Origin: Eledone cirrhosa | Taxonomy: Eukaryota | Direction: 5' to 3' | Assembly (NCBI GenBank): GCA_964016885.1 | Contig: OZ024740.1 | Coordinates: 19,778,001-19,842,000, forward strand | Length of the DNA: 64,000 nt | In this document: in pieces, positions 39,031 through 53,499 of the stretch | Layout: every line of letters begins with the position of its first letter | Position numbering within the stretch: the stretch's first letter is position 1 | Program-made: the position numbers and the translations under genes | Notes under the pieces: model-generated | Seen by the model: only the letters and a program-made list of their open reading frames with translations | Databases searched by the model: none | Told to the model about the DNA's origin: nothing

Positions 39031-42000
39031 CGACAGCTAACAACTGATGCAGTGTCCCGACAGCTAACAGCTGATGCAGTGTCCCGACAGCTAACATCTG
39101 ATGCAGTGTCTCGACAGCTAACAACTGATGCAGTGTCCTCTCGACAGCTAACAACTGATGCAGTGTCCCGACAGCTAACAACTGATGCAGTGTCCTATCG
39201 GCACCTAACAACTGATGCAGTGTCCTCTCGACAGCTAACAACTGATGCAGTGTCCCGACAGCTAACAACTGATGCAGTGTCTCGACATCTAACAACTGAT
39301 GCAGTGTCCCGACAGCTAACAACTGATACAGTGTCCCGACAGCTAACAACTGATGCAGTGTCCTCTCGACAGCTAACAACTGATGCAGTGTCCTCTCGAC
39401 AGCTAACAATTGATGCAGTGTCTCGACAGCTAACAACTGATGCAGTCTCTCGGCAGCTAACAATAGATGCAGTGTCCTTCCGACAGCTAACAACTGATGC
39501 AGTGTCCTCTCGACAGCTAACAACTGATGCAGTGTCCTCTAGACAGCTAACAACTGATGCAGTGTCCCGACAGCTAACAACTGATGCAGTGTCTCGACAG
39601 CTGAGAAATGATGCAGTGATTCGACAGCTAACAACTGATGGAGTGTCTCGACAGCTAACAACTGATGCAGTGTCTCGACAGCTAACAACTGATGCAGTGT
39701 CCTTCCGAAAGCTAACAACTGATGCAGTGTCCTCTCGACAGGTAACAACTGATGCAGTGATTCGACATCTAACAACTGATGCAGTGTCCTCTCGACAGCT
39801 AACAACTGATGCAGTGATTCGACAGCTAACAACTGATGCAGTGTCCTCAGGACAGCTAACAACTAAAGCAGTGATTCGACATCTAACAACTGATACAGTG
39901 TCCTCTCGACAGCTAACAACTGATGCAGTGCTCAGACAGCTAACAACTGATGCAGTGTCCTCTCGACAGCTAACAAAATATGCAGTTTCCTCTCGACAGC
40001 TAACACCTGATGCAGTGTCCTTTCGACAGCTAACAACTGATGCAGTGTCCTCTCGACAGCTAACAAAATATGCAGTTTCTTCTCGACAGCTAACAACTGG
40101 TGCAGTGTCCTCCCGACAGATAACAACTGATGCAGTGTCCTCTCGACAGCTAACAACTGATGCAGTGTCCCGACAGCTAACAAATGATGCAGTGTCCTCT
40201 CGACAGCTAACAACTGATGCAGTGTCCCGACAGCTAACAGCTGATGCAGTGTCCCGACAGCTAACATCTGATGCAGTGTCTCGACAGCTAACAACTGATG
40301 CAGTGTCCTCTCGACAGCTAACAACTGATGCAGTGTCCCGACAGCTAACAACTGATGCAGTGTCCTCTCGACAGCTAGCAACTGATTCAGTGTCCTCTCG
40401 ACAGCTAACAACTGATGCAGTGTCCCGACAGCTAACAACTGATGCAGTGTCCTCTCGACAGCTAACAACTGATGCAGTGTCCCGACAGCTAACAACTGAT
40501 GCAGTGTCCTCTCGACAGCTAACAACTGATGCAGTGTCCCGACAGCTAACAGCTGATGCAGTGTCCCGACAGCTAACATCTGATGCAGTGTCTCGACAGC
40601 TAACAACTGATGCAGTGTCCTCTCGACAGCTAACAACTGATGCAGTGTCCCGACAGCTAACAACTGATGCAGTGTCCTATCGGCACCTAACAACTGATGC
40701 AGTGTCCTCTCGACAGCTAACAACTGATGCAGTGTCCCGACAGCTAACAACTGATGCAGTGTCCTCTCGACAGCTAACAACTGATGCAGTGTCCCGACAG
40801 CTAACAACTGATGCAGTGTCCTCTAGACAGCTAACAACTGATGCAGTGTCCCGACAGCTAACAACTGATGCAGTGTCTCGACAGCTGAGAAATGATGCAG
40901 TGATTCGACAGCTAACAACTGATGGAGTGTCTCGACAGCTAACAACTGATGCAGTGTCTCGACAGCTAACAACTGATGCAGTGTCCTTCCGAAAGCTAAC
41001 AACTGATGCAGTGTCCTCTCGACAGGTAACAACTGATGCAGTGATTCGACATCTAACAACTGATGCAGTGTCCTCTCGACAGCTAACAACTGATGCAGTG
41101 ATTCGACAGCTAACACCTGATGCAGTGCCCTTTCGACAGCTAACAACTGATGCAGTGTCCTCTCGACAGCTAACAAAATATGCAGTTTCTTCTCGACAGC
41201 TAACAACTGGTGCAGTGTCCTCCCGACAGATAACAACTGATGCAGTGTCCTCTCGACAGCTAACAACTGATGCAGTGTTCCGACAGCTAACAACTGATGC
41301 AGTGTCCCGAAAGCTAACAACTGATGCAGTGTCTCGACAGCTAACAACTGATGCAGTGTCCCGAAAGCTAACAACTGATGCAGTGTCTCGACAGCTAACA
41401 ACTGATGCAGTGTCCCAACAGCTAACAACTGATGCAGTGTCCCGAAAGCTAACAACTGATGCAGTGTCTAGACAGCTAACAACTGATGCAGTGTCTCGAC
41501 AGCAAACAACTGATGCAGTGTCCTCTCGACAGCTAGCAACTGATGCAGTGTCCCGACAGCTAACAACTGATGCAGTGTCCTCTCGACAGCTAACAACTGA
41601 TGCAGTGTCCCGACAGCTAACAACTGATGCAGTGTCCTCTCGACAGCTAACAACTGATGCAGTGTCCCGACAGCTAACAACTGATGCAGTGTCCTCTCGA
41701 CAGCTAACAACTGATGCAGTGTCCCGACAGCTAACAGCTGATGCAGTGTCCCGACAGCTAACATCTGATGCAGTGTCTCGACAGCTAACAACTGATGCAG
41801 TGTCCTCTCGACAGCTAACAACTGATGCAGTGTCCCGACAGCTAACAACTGATGCAGTGTCCTATCGGCACCTAACAACTGATGCAGTGTCCTCTCGACA
41901 GCTAACAACTGATGCAGTGTCCCGACAGCTAACAACTGATGCAGTGTCTCGACATCTAACAACTGATGCAGTGTCCCGACAGCTAACAACTGATACAGTG

Positions 42001-45000
42001 TCCCGACAGCTAACAACTGATGCAGTGTCCTCTCGACAGCTAACAACTGATGCAGTGTCCTCTCGACAGCTAACAATTGATGCAGTGTCTCGACAGCTAA
42101 CAACTGATGCAGTCTCTCGGCAGCTAACAATAGATGCAGTGTCCTTCCGACAGCTAACAACTGATGCAGTGTCCTCTCGACAGCTAACAACTGATGCAGT
42201 GTCCTCTAGACAGCTAACAACTGATGCAGTGTCCCGACAGCTAACAACTGATGCAGTGTCTCGACAGCTGAGAAATGATGCAGTGATTCGACAGCTAACA
42301 ACTGATGGAGTGTCTCGACAGCTAACAACTGATGCAGTGTCTCGACAGCTAACAACTGATGCAGTGTCCTTCCGAAAGCTAACAACTGATGCAGTGTCCT
42401 CTCGACAGGTAACAACTGATGCAGTGATTCGACATCTAACAACTGATGCAGTGTCCTCTCGACAGCTAACAACTGATGCAGTGATTCGACAGCTAACAAC
42501 TGATGCAGTGTCCTCAGGACAGCTAACAACTAAAGCAGTGATTCGACATCTAACAACTGATACAGTGTCCTCTCGACAGCTAACAACTGATGCAGTGCTC
42601 AGACAGCTAACAACTGATGCAGTGTCCTCTCGACAGCTAACAAAATATGCAGTTTCCTCTCGACAGCTAACACCTGATGCAGTGTCCTTTCGACAGCTAA
42701 CAACTGATGCAGTGTCCTCTCGACAGCTAACAAAATATGCAGTTTCTTCTCGACAGCTAACAACTGGTGCAGTGTCCTCCCGACAGATAACAACTGATGC
42801 AGTGTCCTCTCGACAGCTAACAACTGATGCAGTGTCCCGACAGCTAACAAATGATGCAGTGTCCTCTCGACAGCTAACAACTGATGCAGTGTCCCGACAG
42901 CTAACAGCTGATGCAGTGTCCCGACAGCTAACATCTGATGCAGTGTCTCGACAGCTAACAACTGATGCAGTGTCCTCTCGACAGCTAACAACTGATGCAG
43001 TGTCCCGACAGCTAACAACTGATGCAGTGTCCTCTCGACAGCTAGCAACTGATTCAGTGTCCTCTCGACAGCTAACAACTGATGCAGTGTCCCGACAGCT
43101 AACAACTGATGCAGTGTCCTCTCGACAGCTAACAACTGATGCAGTGTCCCGACAGCTAACAACTGATGCAGTGTCCTCTCGACAGCTAACAACTGATGCA
43201 GTGTCCCGACAGCTAACAGCTGATGCAGTGTCCCGACAGCTAACATCTGATGCAGTGTCTCGACAGCTAACAACTGATGCAGTGTCCTCTCGACAGCTAA
43301 CAACTGATGCAGTGTCCCGACAGCTAACAACTGATGCAGTGTCCTATCGGCACCTAACAACTGATGCAGTGTCCTCTCGACAGCTAACAACTGATGCAGT
43401 GTCCCGACAGCTAACAACTGATGCAGTGTCCTCTCGACAGCTAACAACTGATGCAGTGTCCCGACAGCTAACAACTGATACAGTGTCCCGACAGCTAACA
43501 ACTGATGCAGTGTCCTCTCGACAGCTAACAACTGATGCAGTGTCCTCTCGACAGCTAACAATTGATGCAGTGTCTCGACAGCTAACAACTGTTGCAGTCT
43601 CTCGGCAGCTAACAATAGATGCAGTGTCCTTCCGACAGCTAACAACTGATGCAGTGTCCTCTCGACAGCTAACAACTGATGCAGTGTCCTCTAGACAGCT
43701 AACAACTGATGCAGTGTCCCGACAGCTAACAACTGATGCAGTGTCTCGACAGCTGAGAAATGATGCAGTGATTCGACAGCTAACAACTGATGGAGTGTCT
43801 CGACAGCTAACAACTGATGCAGTGTCTCGACAGCTAACAACTGATGCAGTGTCCTTCCGAAAGCTAACAACTGATGCAGTGTCCTCTCGACAGGTAACAA
43901 CTGATGCAGTGATTCGACATCTAACAACTGATGCAGTGTCCTCTCGACAGCTAACAACTGATGCAGTGATTCGACAGCTAACAACTGATGCAGTGTCCTC
44001 AGGACAGCTAACAACTAAAGCAGTGATTCGACATCTAACAACTGATACAGTGTCCTCTCGACAGCTAACAACTGATGCAGTGCTCAGACAGCTAACAACT
44101 GATGCAGTGTCCTCTCGACAGCTAACAAAATATGCAGTTTCCTCTCGACAGCTAACACCTGATGCAGTGTCCTTTCGACAGCTAACAACTGATGCAGTGT
44201 CCTCTCGACAGCTAACAAAATATGCAGTTTCTTCTCGACAGCTAACAACTGGTGCAGTGTCCTCCCGACAGATAACAACTGATGCAGTGTCCTCTCGACA
44301 GCTAACAACTGATGCAGTGTCCCGACAGCTAACAACTGATGCAGTGTCCTCTCGACAGCTAACAACTGATGCAGTGTCCCGACAGCTAACAGCTGATGCA
44401 GTGTCCCGACAGCTAACATCTGATGCAGTGTCTCGACAGCTAACAACTGATGCAGTGTCCTCTCGACAGCTAACAACTGATGCAGTGTCTCGACAGCTAA
44501 CAACTGATGCAGTGTCCTATCGGCACCTAACAACTGATGCAGTGTCCTCTCGACAGCTAACAACTGATGCAGTGTCCCGACAGCTAACAACTGATGCAGT
44601 GTCTCGACATCTAACAACTGATGCAGTGTCCCGACAGCTAACAACTGATACAGTGTCCCGACAGCTAACAACTGATGCAGTGTCCTCTCGACAGCTAACA
44701 ACTGATGCAGTGTCCTCTCGACAGCTAACAATTGATGCAGTGTCTCGACAGCTAACAACTGATGCAGTCTCTCGGCAGCTAACAATAGATGCAGTGTCCT
44801 TCCGACAGCTAACAACTGATGCAGTGTCCTCTCGACAGCTAACAACTGATGCAGTGTCCTCTAGACAGCTAACAACTGATGCAGTGTCCCGACAGCTAAC
44901 AACTGATGCAGTGTCTCGACAGCTGAGAAATGATGCAGTGATTCGACAGCTAACAACTGATGGAGTGTCTCGACAGCTAACAACTGATGCAGTGTCTCGA

Positions 45001-48000
45001 CAGCTAACAACTGATGCAGTGTCCTTCCGAAAGCTAACAACTGATGCAGTGTCCTCTCGACAGGTAACAACTGATGCAGTGATTCGACATCTAACAACTG
45101 ATGCAGTGTCCTCTCGACAGCTAACAACTGATGCAGTGATTCGACAGCTAACAACTGATGCAGTGTCCTCAGGACAGCTAACAACTAAAGCAGTGATTCG
45201 ACATCTAACAACTGATACAGTGTCCTCTCGACAGCTAACAACTGATGCAGTGCTCAGACAGCTAACAACTGATGCAGTGTCCTCTCGACAGCTAACAAAA
45301 TATGCAGTTTCCTCTCGACAGCTAACACCTGATGCAGTGTCCTTTCGACAGCTAACAACTGATGCAGTGTCCTCTCGACAGCTAACAAAATATGCAGTTT
45401 CTTCTCGACAGCTAACAACTGATGCAGTGTCCTCTCGACAGCTAGCAACTGATTCAGTGTCCTCTCGACAGCTAACAACTGATGCAGTGTCCCGACAGCT
45501 AACAACTGATGCAGTGTCCTCTCGACAGCTAACAACTGATGCAGTGTCCCGACAGCTAACAACTGATGCAGTGTCCTCTCGACAGCTAACAACTGATGCA
45601 GTGTCCCGACAGCTAACAGCTGATGCAGTGTCCCGACAGCTAACATCTGATGCAGTGTCTCGACAGCTAACAACTGATGCAGTGTCCTCTCGACAGCTAA
45701 CAACTGATGCAGTGTCCCGACAGCTAACAACTGATGCAGTGTCCTATCGGCACCTAACAACTGATGCAGTGTCCTCTCGACAGCTAACAACTGATGCAGT
45801 GTCCCGACAGCTAACAACTGATGCAGTGTCCTCTCGACAGCTAACAACTGATGCAGTGTCCCGACAGCTAACAACTGATGCAGTGTCCTCTAGACAGCTA
45901 ACAACTGATGCAGTGTCCCGACAGCTAACAACTGATGCAGTGTCTCGACAGCTGAGAAATGATGCAGTGATTCGACAGCTAACAACTGATGGAGTGTCTC
46001 GACAGCTAACAACTGATGCAGTGTCTCGACAGCTAACAACTGATGCAGTGTCCTTCCGAAAGCTAACAACTGATGCAGTGTCCTCTCGACAGGTAACAAC
46101 TGATGCAGTGATTCGACATCTAACAACTGATGCAGTGTCCTCTCGACAGCTAACAACTGATGCAGTGATTCGACAGCTAACACCTGATGCAGTGCCCTTT
46201 CGACAGCTAACAACTGATGCAGTGTCCTCTCGACAGCTAACAAAATATGCAGTTTCTTCTCGACAGCTAACAACTGGTGCAGTGTCCTCCCGACAGATAA
46301 CAACTGATGCAGTGTCCTCTCGACAGCTAACAACTGATGCAGTGTTCCGACAGCTAACAACTGATGCAGTGTCCCGAAAGCTAACAACTGATGCAGTGTC
46401 TCGACAGCTAACAACTGATGCAGTGTCCCGAAAGCTAACAACTGATGCAGTGTCTCGACAGCTAACAACTGATGCAGTGTCCCAACAGCTAACAACTGAT
46501 GCAGTGTCCCGAAAGCTAACAACTGATGCAGTGTCTAGACAGCTAACAACTGATGCAGTGTCTCGACAGCAAACAACTGATGCAGTGTCCTCTCGACAGC
46601 TAGCAACTGATGCAGTGTCCCGACAGCTAACAACTGATGCAGTGTCCTCTCGACAGCTAACAACTGATGCAGTGTCCCGACAGCTAACAACTGATGCAGT
46701 GTCCTCTCGACAGCTAACAACTGATGCAGTGTCCCGACAGCTAACAACTGATGCAGTGTCCTCTCGACAGCTAACAACTGATGCAGTGTCCCGACAGCTA
46801 ACAGCTGATGCAGTGTCCCGACAGCTAACATCTGATGCAGTGTCTCGACAGCTAACAACTGATGCAGTGTCCTCTCGACAGCTAACAACTGATGCAGTGT
46901 CCCGACAGCTAACAACTGATGCAGTGTCCTATCGGCACCTAACAACTGATGCAGTGTCCTCTCGACAGCTAACAACTGATGCAGTGTCCCGACAGCTAAC
47001 AACTGATGCAGTGTCTCGACATCTAACAACTGATGCAGTGTCCCGACAGCTAACAACTGATACAGTGTCCCGACAGCTAACAACTGATGCAGTGTCCTCT
47101 CGACAGCTAACAACTGATGCAGTGTCCTCTCGACAGCTAACAATTGATGCAGTGTCTCGACAGCTAACAACTGATGCAGTCTCTCGGCAGCTAACAATAG
47201 ATGCAGTGTCCTTCCGACAGCTAACAACTGATGCAGTGTCCTCTCGACAGCTAACAACTGATGCAGTGTCCTCTAGACAGCTAACAACTGATGCAGTGTC
47301 CCGACAGCTAACAACTGATGCAGTGTCTCGACAGCTGAGAAATGATGCAGTGATTCGACAGCTAACAACTGATGGAGTGTCTCGACAGCTAACAACTGAT
47401 GCAGTGTCTCGACAGCTAACAACTGATGCAGTGTCCTTCCGAAAGCTAACAACTGATGCAGTGTCCTCTCGACAGGTAACAACTGATGCAGTGATTCGAC
47501 ATCTAACAACTGATGCAGTGTCCTCTCGACAGCTAACAACTGATGCAGTGATTCGACAGCTAACAACTGATGCAGTGTCCTCAGGACAGCTAACAACTAA
47601 AGCAGTGATTCGACATCTAACAACTGATACAGTGTCCTCTCGACAGCTAACAACTGATGCAGTGCTCAGACAGCTAACAACTGATGCAGTGTCCTCTCGA
47701 CAGCTAACAAAATATGCAGTTTCCTCTCGACAGCTAACACCTGATGCAGTGTCCTTTCGACAGCTAACAACTGATGCAGTGTCCTCTCGACAGCTAACAA
47801 AATATGCAGTTTCTTCTCGACAGCTAACAACTGGTGCAGTGTCCTCCCGACAGATAACAACTGATGCAGTGTCCTCTCGACAGCTAACAACTGATGCAGT
47901 GTCCCGACAGCTAACAAATGATGCAGTGTCCTCTCGACAGCTAACAACTGATGCAGTGTCCCGACAGCTAACAGCTGATGCAGTGTCCCGACAGCTAACA

Positions 48001-51000
48001 TCTGATGCAGTGTCTCGACAGCTAACAACTGATGCAGTGTCCTCTCGACAGCTAACAACTGATGCAGTGTCCCGACAGCTAACAACTGATGCAGTGTCCT
48101 CTCGACAGCTAGCAACTGATTCAGTGTCCTCTCGACAGCTAACAACTGATGCAGTGTCCCGACAGCTAACAACTGATGCAGTGTCCTCTCGACAGCTAAC
48201 AACTGATGCAGTGTCCCGACAGCTAACAACTGATGCAGTGTCCTCTCGACAGCTAACAACTGATGCAGTGTCCCGACAGCTAACAGCTGATGCAGTGTCC
48301 CGACAGCTAACATCTGATGCAGTGTCTCGACAGCTAACAACTGATGCAGTGTCCTCTCGACAGCTAACAACTGATGCAGTGTCCCGACAGCTAACAACTG
48401 ATGCAGTGTCCTATCGGCACCTAACAACTGATGCAGTGTCCTCTCGACAGCTAACAACTGATGCAGTGTCCCGACAGCTAACAACTGATGCAGTGTCCTC
48501 TCGACAGCTAACAACTGATGCAGTGTCCCGACAGCTAACAACTGATACAGTGTCCCGACAGCTAACAACTGATGCAGTGTCCTCTCGACAGCTAACAACT
48601 GATGCAGTGTCCTCTCGACAGCTAACAATTGATGCAGTGTCTCGACAGCTAACAACTGTTGCAGTCTCTCGGCAGCTAACAATAGATGCAGTGTCCTTCC
48701 GACAGCTAACAACTGATGCAGTGTCCTCTCGACAGCTAACAACTGATGCAGTGTCCTCTAGACAGCTAACAACTGATGCAGTGTCCCGACAGCTAACAAC
48801 TGATGCAGTGTCTCGACAGCTGAGAAATGATGCAGTGATTCGACAGCTAACAACTGATGGAGTGTCTCGACAGCTAACAACTGATGCAGTGTCTCGACAG
48901 CTAACAACTGATGCAGTGTCCTTCCGAAAGCTAACAACTGATGCAGTGTCCTCTCGACAGGTAACAACTGATGCAGTGATTCGACATCTAACAACTGATG
49001 CAGTGTCCTCTCGACAGCTAACAACTGATGCAGTGATTCGACAGCTAACAACTGATGCAGTGTCCTCAGGACAGCTAACAACTAAAGCAGTGATTCGACA
49101 TCTAACAACTGATACAGTGTCCTCTCGACAGCTAACAACTGATGCAGTGCTCAGACAGCTAACAACTGATGCAGTGTCCTCTCGACAGCTAACAAAATAT
49201 GCAGTTTCCTCTCGACAGCTAACACCTGATGCAGTGTCCTTTCGACAGCTAACAACTGATGCAGTGTCCTCTCGACAGCTAACAAAATATGCAGTTTCTT
49301 CTCGACAGCTAACAACTGGTGCAGTGTCCTCCCGACAGATAACAACTGATGCAGTGTCCTCTCGACAGCTAACAACTGATGCAGTGTCCCGACAGCTAAC
49401 AACTGATGCAGTGTCCTCTCGACAGCTAACAACTGATGCAGTGTCCCGACAGCTAACAGCTGATGCAGTGTCCCGACAGCTAACATCTGATGCAGTGTCT
49501 CGACAGCTAACAACTGATGCAGTGTCCTCTCGACAGCTAACAACTGATGCAGTGTCTCGACAGCTAACAACTGATGCAGTGTCCTATCGGCACCTAACAA
49601 CTGATGCAGTGTCCTCTCGACAGCTAACAACTGATGCAGTGTCCCGACAGCTAACAACTGATGCAGTGTCTCGACATCTAACAACTGATGCAGTGTCCCG
49701 ACAGCTAACAACTGATACAGTGTCCCGACAGCTAACAACTGATGCAGTGTCCTCTCGACAGCTAACAACTGATGCAGTGTCCTCTCGACAGCTAACAATT
49801 GATGCAGTGTCTCGACAGCTAACAACTGATGCAGTCTCTCGGCAGCTAACAATAGATGCAGTGTCCTTCCGACAGCTAACAACTGATGCAGTGTCCTCTC
49901 GACAGCTAACAACTGATGCAGTGTCCTCTAGACAGCTAACAACTGATGCAGTGTCCCGACAGCTAACAACTGATGCAGTGTCTCGACAGCTGAGAAATGA
50001 TGCAGTGATTCGACAGCTAACAACTGATGGAGTGTCTCGACAGCTAACAACTGATGCAGTGTCTCGACAGCTAACAACTGATGCAGTGTCCTTCCGAAAG
50101 CTAACAACTGATGCAGTGTCCTCTCGACAGGTAACAACTGATGCAGTGATTCGACATCTAACAACTGATGCAGTGTCCTCTCGACAGCTAACAACTGATG
50201 CAGTGATTCGACAGGTAACAACTGATGCAGTGTCCTCAGGACAGCTAACAACTAAAGCAGTGATTCGACATCTAACAACTGATACAGTGTCCTCTCGACA
50301 GCTAACAACTGATGCAGTGCTCAGACAGCTAACAACTGATGCAGTGTCCTCTCGACAGCTAACAAAATATGCAGTTTCCTCTCGACAGCTAACACCTGAT
50401 GCAGTGTCCTTTCGACAGCTAACAACTGATGCAGTGTCCTCTCGACAGCTAACAAAATATGCAGTTTCTTCTCGACAGCTAACAACTGGTGCAGTGTCCT
50501 GCCGACAGATAACAACTGATGCAGTGTCCTCTCGACAGCTAACAACTGATGCAGTGTTCCGACAGCTAACAACTGATGCAGTGTCTCGACAGCTAACAAC
50601 TGATGCAGTGTCCTTCCGACAGCTAACAACTGATGCAGTGTCCTCTCGACAGCTAACAACTGATGCTGTGTCCCAACAGCTAACAGCTGATGCAGTGTCC
50701 TCTCGACAGCTAACAACTGATGCAGTGATTCGACATCTAACAACTGATGCAGTGTCCTCTCGACAGCTAACAACTGATGCAGTGTCCCGACAGCTAACAA
50801 CTGATGCAGTGTCCTCTCGACAGCTAACAACTGATGCAGTGTCCTCTCGACAGCTAACAACTGATGCAGTGTCCCGACAGCTAACAACTGATGCAGTGTC
50901 TCGACATCTAACAACTGATGCAGTGTCCCGACAGCTAACAACTGATACAGTGTCCCGACAGCTAACAACTGATGCAGTGTCCTCTCGACAGCTAACAACT

Positions 51001-51246
51001 GATGCAGTGTCCTCTCGACAGCTAACAATTGATGCAGTGTCTCGACAGCTAGCAACTGATGCAGTGTCTCGACAGCTAACAATAGATGCAGTGTCCTTCC
51101 GACAGCTAACAACTGATGCAGTGTCCTCTCGACAGCTAACAACCGATGCAGTGTCCTCTCGACAGCTAACAACTGATGCAGTGTCCCGACAGCTAACAAC
51201 TGATGCAGTGTCTCGACAGCTAAGAAATGATGCAGTGATTCGATAG
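37405..51246 (+). other. 4613-codon repeat-derived open frame with the same peptide repeat; probably not a gene. Confidence given is that it is translated.
   Basis: Bounded by a 1-bp deletion (~37392) and a CAG>TAG variant (51244-51246); entirely repeat. Confidence 0.08.
40350..50490 (+). repeat. 5067-bp near-perfect tandem higher-order duplication built from ~1.2-1.5-kb sub-blocks
   Basis: Seven ORF pairs are offset by exactly 5067 (40823/45890, 41468/46535, 42206/47273, 42599/47666, 43691/48758, 44084/49151, 44861/49928). Smaller offsets of 2667, 1485 and 1170 also occur. Confidence 0.9.
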
Positions 51247-53499
51247 CTAACAACTGATGGAGTGTCTCGACAGCTAACAACTGATGCAGTGTCTCGACAG
51301 CTAACAACTGATGCAGTGTCCTTCCGACAGCTAACAACTGATGCAGTGTCCTCTCGACAGGTAACAACTGATGCAGTGATTCGACATCTAACAACTGATT
51401 CAGTGTCCTCTCGACAGCTAACAACTGATGCAGTGATTCGACAGTTAACAACTGATGCAGTGTCCTCAGGACAGCTAACAACTAAAGCAGTGATTCGACA
51501 TCTAACAACTGATACAGAGTCCTCTCGACAGCTAACAACTGATGCAGTGCTCAGACAGCTAACAACTGATGCAGTGTCCTCGCGACAGCTAACAACTGAT
51601 GCAGTGTCCCGACAGCTAAAAACTGATGCAGTGTCTCGACAGCTAACAACTGATGCAGTGTCCTCTCGACAGCTAACAAAATATGCAGTTTCCTCTCGAC
51701 AGCTAACACCTGATGCAGTGTCCTTTCGACAGCTAACAACTGATGCAGTGTCCTCTCGACAGCTAACAAAATATGCAGTTTCTTCTCGACAGCTAACAAC
51801 TGATGCAGTGTCCTCCCGACAGATAAGAACTGATGCAGTGTCCTCTCGACAGCTAACAACTGATGCAGTGTTCCGACAGCTAACAACTGATGCAGTGTCC
51901 CCTCGACAGCTAACAACAGATGCAGTGTCCCAACAGCTAATAACTGATGCAGTGTCCCGACAGCTAACAACTGATGCAGTGTCTCGACAGCTAACAACTG
52001 TTGCAGTGTCCCGAAAGCTAACAACTGACGCAGTCTCGACAGCTAACAACTGATGCAGTGTCTCGAAAGCTAACAACTGATGCAGTGTCTCGACAGCTAA
52101 CAACTGATGTAGTGTCCCGAAAGCTAACAACTGATGCAGTGTCTCGACAGCTAACAACTGCTGCAGTGTCCCGACAGCTAACAACTGATGCAGTGTCCCG
52201 ACAGCTAACAACTGATGCAGTGTCCTCTTGACAGCTAACAACTGATGCAGTGTCCTCTCGACAGCTAACAACTGATGCAGTGTCCCGACAGCTAACAACT
52301 GACGCAGTGTCCCGACAGCTAACAACTGATGCAGTGCTCAGACAGCTAACAACTGATGCAGTGTCTCGGCAGCTAACAACTGATGCAGTGTCCTCTCGAC
52401 AGCTAACAACTGATGCAGTGTCCTCTCGACAGCTAACAACTGATGCAGTGTCTCGACAGCTAACAACTGAATCAGTGTCCTCTCGACAGCTAACAACTGA
52501 TGCAGTGTCCTCTCGACAGCTAACAACTGATGCAGTGTCCTCTCGACAGCTAACAACTGATGCAGTGTCCTCTCGACAGCTAACATCTGATGCAGTGTCT
52601 CGACAGCTAACAACTGATGCAGTGTCTCGACAGCTAACAACTGATGCAGTGTCCTTCCGACAGCTAACAACTGATGCAGTGTCCTCTTGACAGCTAACAA
52701 CTGATGCAGTGATTCGACAGCTAACAACTGATGCAGTGTCCTCTCGACAGCTAACAACTGATGCAGTGATTCGACATCTAACAACTGATACAGTGTCCTC
52801 TCGACAGCTAACAACTGTTGCAGTGTCCCGACTGCTAACAACTCGTGCAGTGTCCTCTCGACAGCTAACAACTGATGCAGTGTCCTCTCGACAGCTAACA
52901 ACTGATGCAGTGTACCGACAGCTAACAACTGATGCAGTGTCCTCTCGACAGCTAACAACTGATGCAGTGTCCTCTCGACAGCTAACAACTGATGCAGTGT
53001 CCCGACAGCTAACAACTGATGCAGTGTCCTCTCGACATCTAACAACTGATGCAGTGTCCTCTCGACAGCTAACAACTGATGCAGTGTCCCGACAGCTAAC
53101 AACTGATGCAGTGTCCTCTCGACAGCTAACAACTGATGCAGTGTCCCGACAGCTAACAACTGATGCAGTGTCCTCTCGAAAGCTAACAACTGATGCAGTA
53201 TCCCGACAGCTGACAACTGATGCAGTGTCCCGACAGCTAACAACTGATGCAGTGTCTCGAGAGCTAACGACTGATGCAGTGTCCCGTCAGCTAACAACTG
53301 ATGCAGTGTCTCGACAGCTAACAACTGATGCAGTGTCTCGACAGCTAACAACTGATGCAGTGATTCGACATTTAACAACTGATGCAGTGTCCTCTCGACA
53401 GCTAACAACTGATGCAGTGTCCCGACAGCTAACAACTGATGCAGAGTCCTCTCGACAGCTAACAACTGATGCAGTGTCCTCTCGACAGCTAACAACTGA

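Noticed and set aside
16671-51246. Annotating the giant ORFs as real CDS (mucin, adhesin, antifreeze or LRR-like protein)
   Set aside because: Openness follows automatically from a stop-free 3n monomer, and three frames on two strands are open at once. Starts are mostly internal GTG/TTG codons. Many variants are nonsynonymous, and stops and frameshifts are amplified. No non-repeat domain or recognisable family motif is present.
49584-52325. 913-aa minus-strand ORF with two different repeat domains
   Set aside because: It is a chimera of two reading frames of the same monomer, joined by the 2-bp deletion at ~52033.
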